NCBI GenBank assembly: GCA_905178155.1
Contig: CAJINV010000007.1
Coordinates: forward strand, 466,020-530,019
Length of the DNA: 64,000 nt
Direction: 5' to 3'
Source of the DNA: Amoebophrya sp. A120
Taxonomy: Eukaryota > Protista > Dinoflagellata
Positions 57,831 to 64,000 of this stretch are shown here, in pieces. Each line of letters opens with the position of its first letter. Position 1 is the first letter of the stretch. A program made the translations under genes and the position numbers. Below the pieces are notes generated by a model. The model was not told the origin of the DNA. It made no database searches and was given only the letters and a program-made list of their open reading frames with translations.

Positions 57831-60800
57831 ATGATGGGTTCTTGGAACATCAGAAGGACCCAGCATAGAAGTGCCTTCTCCACCTTCGGGTCTTGCGCGC
57901 ACAGTCTCTACTCGACACGACCACGAGGATCTTTTCTCCTGTCACTTTTCCTCCTCCTCGCGCATCATCTTCAAGATCATAGTGCAGCAAACGCATTCCA
58001 GCTCGTGCAGCAGAAACGGACAGGAGATCTGCACAGGACGTTGTCGCACCGGAGCAAGAACCAGCATGGCCAGAAGATTTTTGCAAGTAGTTCTCGCACA
58101 ACTTCTGTGGTTTCCGCGGATCAACAGGGAGAGGACGGCACGACGAGGACCGGGGGTATGTTGATTATTCTGAGTAAAAACGTCCCCACCCCATAGTCAA
58201 GTTGGGAATCTAGCAACACAAATCTCCAAGTTTTGGGAGCTGTGCATGACAAGTTTCCCTCTGCAACGGAGTGCTGATTGGCAAGAGAAGCCGCATGAGA
58301 AAGCAACTTTCCCATCCTGTTTACAGCATCACAGATTCCACAACACGACTGGAAATGCCTCTCATGGAGCTGCGCATTACAAATGTTCCTGTCGTTGCAC
58401 ATTTGCATGACAACTCTGGCGTGGGGACGTTTTTACACAGGATATTGATGCAGGTTTCATCGTCCTCCAAAACCGGAACCGAATATGGATTGCAAATATC
58501 CCTGGATGTCTGGAAGAGTCGAACTTGTAATGCTTTCCGCGGATTCTAAAAATATCTGTGGTGCATGAGCAGCAAGAGGAGTCAGTTTTTGGCACGCGGA
58601 GAGGGCATTTCTCATGCGTAATTGGCATCAAGCAGCTCTCAAAAACTTTAACTTTGTGATGGTAGCACCAGCATCACAGAACTCACGGGTCATGCAAAAC
58701 GTGCATGACAAGCCCCGACTCTTCCAGACATCCAGGGATTGTTGCAGTTGATACCGAAAGCGGAACCGCAAAAATTGAGTCGGAGGACAACTCGGTGATC
58801 ACCGACAACTTTGAACTTGTGGGGAATGGTATCCAAGAAAAAAACTGTGTAAGTGTAACTTTGTGTTGCAGAAAATGCAAAACTGTTACACTCGTCATGC
58901 TGGACATGCATCAGAGGCTATTTTCGTACGTGTTTTCAAGTGCTCTCGGGCTGGAGGAGGGAGTAGCACGCAGCAGTCCGCAAAAGGGCACACTGCCAAC
59001 ATCATCATCATCATCAAGTACTAGCTACGCATAACAGGTTTTCTGCGTCATGCAGCATGCAGAGCAAACTTGTGATGCTATTCTTCCAAGAGACTTACAC
59101 TTACACAGTTTTTTTCTTGCATAAATGGGCACTGCGGGAACGATGATCACCCCCTGTGGGCGAATGCGCAGTTTGTGGCGGATGTCAACGAAAGGCAGTG
59201 TGCGGAGTCTTGTCTTAATAACAAATGGGTGGAAAGCCTCGACAATGAAAGCGCTTGGAACTCGAAGCACTTTCCCAACGGCGATGGTACTTGGAAAACG
59301 TGGAGCGCAGACAAACCCATCAAGGGAGAGTGCACGGGTTACAATTATTCAAATAACTGTCTGATTTACAATGACGAATCAGGAGCAGAAAAAAAGTTTG
59401 CAGTAACCCAGGTCTGGAAAAAGGAGGAGGAAAGGGAATCCTGGCTTTCCGATGCGTTGTATGGCAAGGGAGATGATGCAGAAAGAAACACGTTGAAAGA
59501 CCTCCTCGACAGTTGGAGTACGCATCCCTGTAAGAAAAAGAAGCCTTGCGTCGGTTTCGGGTTCCATGACGCCAGTTCGTGCAATGGCGCGCACGAGGAA
59601 GACAAATGCGTGTGGGGTGTGAAGTACAAGTTAGAAAGTGCGGAAAGATGGGTGGAGGAAGGTGGTGAGGAGATCTGTCTCAGCTGCAGCATAAGCATTG
59701 CAAAAGCATTGCACTGGTAGAAATTGCATTTATACAAATTTGCTCAGCATAGCAAATGGAATTTCTAAATGCTGATTTGGCTCCGGAAGGAAATTTGTGA
59801 TGCATAACTGCGATTACTGCGAGTGCGATACTTTTGCACAGGATACAGCACAAAAGACGGAAAGACCGAGGCCGAGTGCGAGGGTTTTTCGGGCGGCAGT
59901 TGCGTGTATGAAGCTGGCGAAGTCAATCCAGCCGAGGGTCTGTGTGTGCCGAAGCCAACGACAACCACGACCACAACCACGACGACAACCACGACATTGG
60001 CGCAAGCTCCGTCACCCAGCGTATCGTAAGGAAAAATCCCCCCTCCCCATATCGAAAAGGCACACCTCAGAAAATTTGCCATGCTGATTTGCGACCACAG
60101 ATCTGATTTGAGTTTTTTTGTTTTTAAGGCTAGGAAAAGACATGCAACTGGGGACAGCACGCTATTGCGCATCTAGCACCCGTCAAGTCCAGGAGAACGA
60201 GCCAAGGACGCTCCCACCAATGCAGCAACGGCCGTCCCTGGGTGGTTGAGTGTCGTCCAGACCGACGGCGGTAGATTCTTCTGGAGGCGGAGGCTAGATT
60301 TTCAATAGTGGAGGAAAGATGTCAAATTATGTATGAAGTGCTCACGTATTCTATACCCTAATGCGACCCAAAAAGGAGAATCTCTCCTCCGTCAGCATGC
60401 CAATAGCATTTGGGTGCACTACTGTGTGGAAGGCTCTTCTACTTTTTCCAAGCGGCTGGATTTCTCGTAGAATTGCCGTCGCACAAGTAGCGCAAGTGAC
60501 ATCTTTTAGGGGGGTGCCTACCCTTTTGCATGTTCGATTTTGATTCGTTATTTCTTGATTTTCAGAATGATGATGATAATTTTTTCTGGTTAGCCCGTAG
60601 CCATTTTGGCTCAAGCGCTAGCCCGCGTAGCCCGCATCCTCGCAGGGGCAGCTGTTTTTTTTTCCGCCTTGCCAGCGGATTTTGTCGCGGGGAAGAATGC
60701 AGTCTGGGTTCAGCCGTCCCTCCCTCCCGGGGTTCATCTACACAAACACTAGTCCTGCGTCCTTACTCTAGTCCTTTTTCCGTAGATCATGTCTTACGTT

Positions 60801-63121
60801 CGACCTTATGGCATCGGCGGCTGTCGCATTATGCGCCTGGTGTAGTTGTTCAAAGTCCTTCGGCATAAGGGTCATAGTCTCGTATACAAGGCGCGCGACA
60901 GCTAAATGCGCGTTTGGTCGTTCTAGAAAATTAGTATCACCTGATCCATTCTCGGCCTATAGTATTCGTGGACCACCCCTTTGAGGAAGCGGGTGCGCTC
61001 GGTTGACCTCTTTCATAGGTTGGTCATGGGGAATTCGTTTCCCACTTGTCATGCATTATTGGTCGCCGACATTTCGTTTTTGCATGGCGTGCTCGAGTAC
61101 CGGGGTGCTGGAAGACGAATTAGTTGCTAATAGATAAAATCAAAAATTTTCACTACTCTTCGTGCAGCGGCTTCTGCACATAGCTTTAGTCTCGACCTTT
61201 AGCCCCGCCCCCCCAAAAACATTACATATTTTACTACGTCTCCATCTACGTCCCAACGTGGACGTCTGCCGCGGCTTTCGGCATTAGACGTTAACTAAAG
61301 CGAGTGCGTTGCGCGGGTTTAGGGTTCCCCCGGTTTGTATCTCCCGAAAGGCATGCTTTGATGGGTTTAGGGTTTCGAAGAAATTTTATCGCATGACGCG
61401 TGACGGGAGCACGCTAGGTAAGCGCAGCGGGCGGGTACCGTTCTCGCCGTAACACAATTCCAGAAAGAAAAAAGACATCTTTTTGGGGGGTGCCTACCCT
61501 TTTGCATGTTCGATTTTGATTCGTTATTTCTTTTTTTTTAGAATGATGATGATATGTTTTTCTGGTTAGCCCGTCTAAAAAGGGCTGGAGTCCCCTTTTC
61601 CTTTTCTTCAATATTTTTTTTGCATGCGGGTAGCCGAATAGAGGCCGAGAGGACCACTGTCCTCGAGTCTGCGCAGCGGCTTACTGCGCAGCGTCGGTTC
61701 GTACACGTGTGTCGCCCTTCGTTCGTCCTCTTCAGGAGCTTGATCGCAAATTCGTACGCTCCTCCTGCTTTAAAAAAATACGATCTTCCCGGCTTCCCCC
61801 ATATTCCCATGTAGATTTTGGCGCCTACCCCTTTACTTCTTCTGTCGTGTAGTGTTGTTGGCTTACCTGACTCGCCTTCTTAGCGCTAGCCTGCGTAGCC
61901 CGCGTCCTCGCAGGGGCAGCTGTTTTTTTTTTCCGCCTTGCCAGCGGGTTTGATTCTGGGGAAAGTGGCTTTCTGAGTTCAACCGTCCCTCCCACCCGGG
62001 GATCAACCGTCCCTATCCCTCCCCCGTTTTAGATAGACCGTTTTGCGCAGCCATAAGCACGACTTGAAAAACAAAAAAATACAAATAATTTTTTGTGTAG
62101 ATCACATTTTTACGTGCGTTTTTTCGGCATCGGCGGCATTCGCACTTCGAACCCGGAGTAGTTTCCAAAAGTCCCTCGGCATCTGGGTCATAGTACAGCT
62201 TCAGGGTTCCGCGTTTGCTAAATGCACGGCTTTTCGCACTTAGGTCACTAGTATCGCCTGTTCCAAATCAGCTCGACCATTTAATATTCGTGGGCCTCCC
62301 CTTAGAGGAAGCGGGTGCGCTCGGTGGGCCGTTTTCATAGGTTGGTCATGGGGGACCTGCTCCCCATTTGTAATGCATGACTGGCCGCCGAAGATCTCAG
62401 TTTGCATTTGCGTGCTCGAGTACCGGGGCGCAGGAAGGCGAATTAGTTCTAATAGATATTTTGAAAAATTTTAATCTCTTCGTGCAGCGGCTTACTGCGC
62501 ATACAAATATTCTCGACCGATATCTTTGTATGTGGGCGCGCAGAAACTTTTTTTCGATTTACTACGACCCCATCTACCTCCCCTGGTGGACGTCTGCCGC
62601 GGCTTACGGCTCTAGACGTTAACTAGGATTCAGTGCGTTGTGCGGGGTTTAGGGTTCAAAGTAATTTTGTATCTCCCACTGCTGCATGCACTCTGCTGGC
62701 GATCTTATCATGCAAAACAACCTCCGGGTTGTTCCCGCGTATCAGGAGTAGTCCTGGTGCGTGAGGGCCGCAGAAGATGAAGAAAGGTGATGGTTTAGGG
62801 GGTTCGCCGATTTTGTACATGTGTGATGCAAAAGATGAAAAGAATTTCGCGCGTGGGAGCGCATTAGTAAGCACAACGGGTGGGTGCCGTTCTCACCGTA
62901 ACACAAGCCCACAAGAACAAGAACATGATCCGCTCCCGCAGGCAAAAAAAATTTGCGACCACAGATCCTCTCTGTCTTGCACGAAGGCAACCCCACAGGC
63001 CCCGCAGTATTATGTAGGCAGTTTGTGATGCTATTGGGCCTACAGCATAGACGTTTAGCATGCTAAGCACCTAGGCCAGCGCCTCTCTACTCGGGCTTGA
63101 TATGGGCTTGCAGTCCTCTAG

Positions 63122-63216
<95 letters not shown>

Positions 63217-64000
63217 GTGTAAGCAGATCTGGCATCAGAAGCTTCGTTACGATATGGGGAGGGGGGATTTTTCCTTTTGATACAGCACGGACGAACAGCA
63301 GTCGGGACCTAGTCCGACTCCCGTATCATATGTAAAAACGTTCCCACCCCATAGTCAGGTTGGGAACTCAGCAACACAAATGCAGAAGTTTTGGGAGCCA
63401 CGCATGACAAGTTGCAGTAGTCCGCAGTATAGTGCACGTTAGCAAGGATATCTTCCGCATCGCAAATCCATGTGCTTGTCTTGTTTGCAGCATCACAAAT
63501 TCCAAAACAGGACTGGAAATGCCTCCGTTGGGGATGCGCATTACAAATGTTCCTGTAGTCGCAAATCTGCATGACAACTCTGGGAAGATGGGGACGTGTT
63601 TACACAGGATATCCCAGCGCCACACCTTATGTTTCTCCACCAGGGGAGGAGTCCGCGATTACCACATTGCACCTCATTATGGATGTGTCAGGAGTGAAAT
63701 CGACAAAGTTGAAATGATTTGTTTATGCATAAAATGCAGCCCACAACGTGCCTGGCTTGCAGAGTAGGCAAGTGAGGCAGATTGTAAGCCTGTTGAGGGG
63801 TAGAAACTGAGCTGCTAAAATAGCATGCCAAAAGGCGTTTTCTTTACCCAAACAGCATCACAATCTGGATTTCGGTTCTACCCAAATTTGTCATGCACCA
63901 CTTGGAAACTGGGCTTCCAACTGGTATCGATTTTATGCATGACAAACTATTTTAACTTGGACGATTGCAATCCTGACACTCCCATAACCATTCTGATCTG
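57831..64000 (+). CDS. Secreted/membrane protein with a PAN/Apple-like repeat, a second Cys-rich domain and a Thr-rich stalk (paralog of 49109); continues beyond the window
   Basis: Frame restored over elements 58166, 58484, 58830, 59692, 60022, 63324 and 63678: FELVGNGHCGNDD…QCAESCLNNKWV…ECTGYNYSNNC…PKPTTTTTTT…PSTDEQQSGPSPTP. Confidence 0.72.
58166..58444. mobile_element. Introner, family F
   Basis: TIR tattctgagtaaaaacgtccccac; TSD ttgat. Confidence 0.92.
58484..58753. mobile_element. Introner, family E-related
   Basis: TIR core atccctggatgtctggaagagtc; TSD ccgaa. Confidence 0.9.
58830..59123. mobile_element. Introner, family C, with a 78-bp internal insert
   Basis: TIR tatccaagaaaaaaactgtgtaagtgtaa; TSD aatgg. 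Confidence 0.93.
59692..59845. mobile_element. Introner, family B
   Basis: TIR taagcattgcaaaagcattgcact; TSD cagca. Confidence 0.88.
60497..62906. repeat. Two diverged tandem copies (~60497-61458 and ~61474-62906) of an unidentified repeat
   Basis: Collinear shared blocks at 60497/61474, 60614/61882, 60962/62284 and 61400/62850. Confidence 0.85.
63121..63217. repeat. (TAC)n microsatellite, about 32 units
   Basis: Perfect trinucleotide run at the right end of the 3-kb insertion. Confidence 0.97.
63324..63611. mobile_element. Introner, family F
   Basis: TIR tatcatatgtaaaaacgttccca; TSD tcccg/tccca. Confidence 0.88.
63678..63986. mobile_element. Introner, family H
   Basis: TIR tatggatgtgtcagga; TSD ctcat/accat. 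Confidence 0.85.

Larger units (their letters stand above)
60022..63282. mobile_element. Introner, family D, expanded by a ~3.1-kb internal insertion
   Basis: Left TIR tatcgtaaggaaaaatcccccctccccatatcg; right TIR gatatggggaggggggatttttccttttgata; TSD cagcg/cagca. Confidence 0.85.

Noticed and set aside
63102-63335. Poly-Thr ORF as a mucin exon
   Set aside because: It lies inside the 60022-63282 element and is just the (TAC)n run; the host frame is restored without it.

Overview
Eukaryotic (protist) genomic DNA; gene structure and repeat content strongly resemble published descriptions of the syndinian dinoflagellate parasite Amoebophrya (taxon is my inference). About ten + strand genes or pseudogenes are interrupted by roughly 45-50 short (150-315 bp) elements with terminal inverted repeats (TAT...ATA ends) and 5-bp target-site duplications, in at least 9 TIR families. 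Removing each element plus one TSD copy restores long open frames (checked by hand across six consecutive insertions), so they behave as transposon-derived, mostly non-GT-AG introns (introners). They occur in both orientations within one gene, show filled versus empty sites between paralogous exons, nest in each other, and host larger insertions. Those insertions are an APE-RT-RNase H non-LTR retrotransposon, a two-ORF Penelope-like element with N-terminal GIY-YIG, and a 3-kb repeat ending in (TAC)n. Host genes include a Dpy-30/RIIa-domain protein, a DOT1-like SAM methyltransferase, and two families of Cys-rich secreted or membrane proteins. All splicing models are inferred from DNA only.
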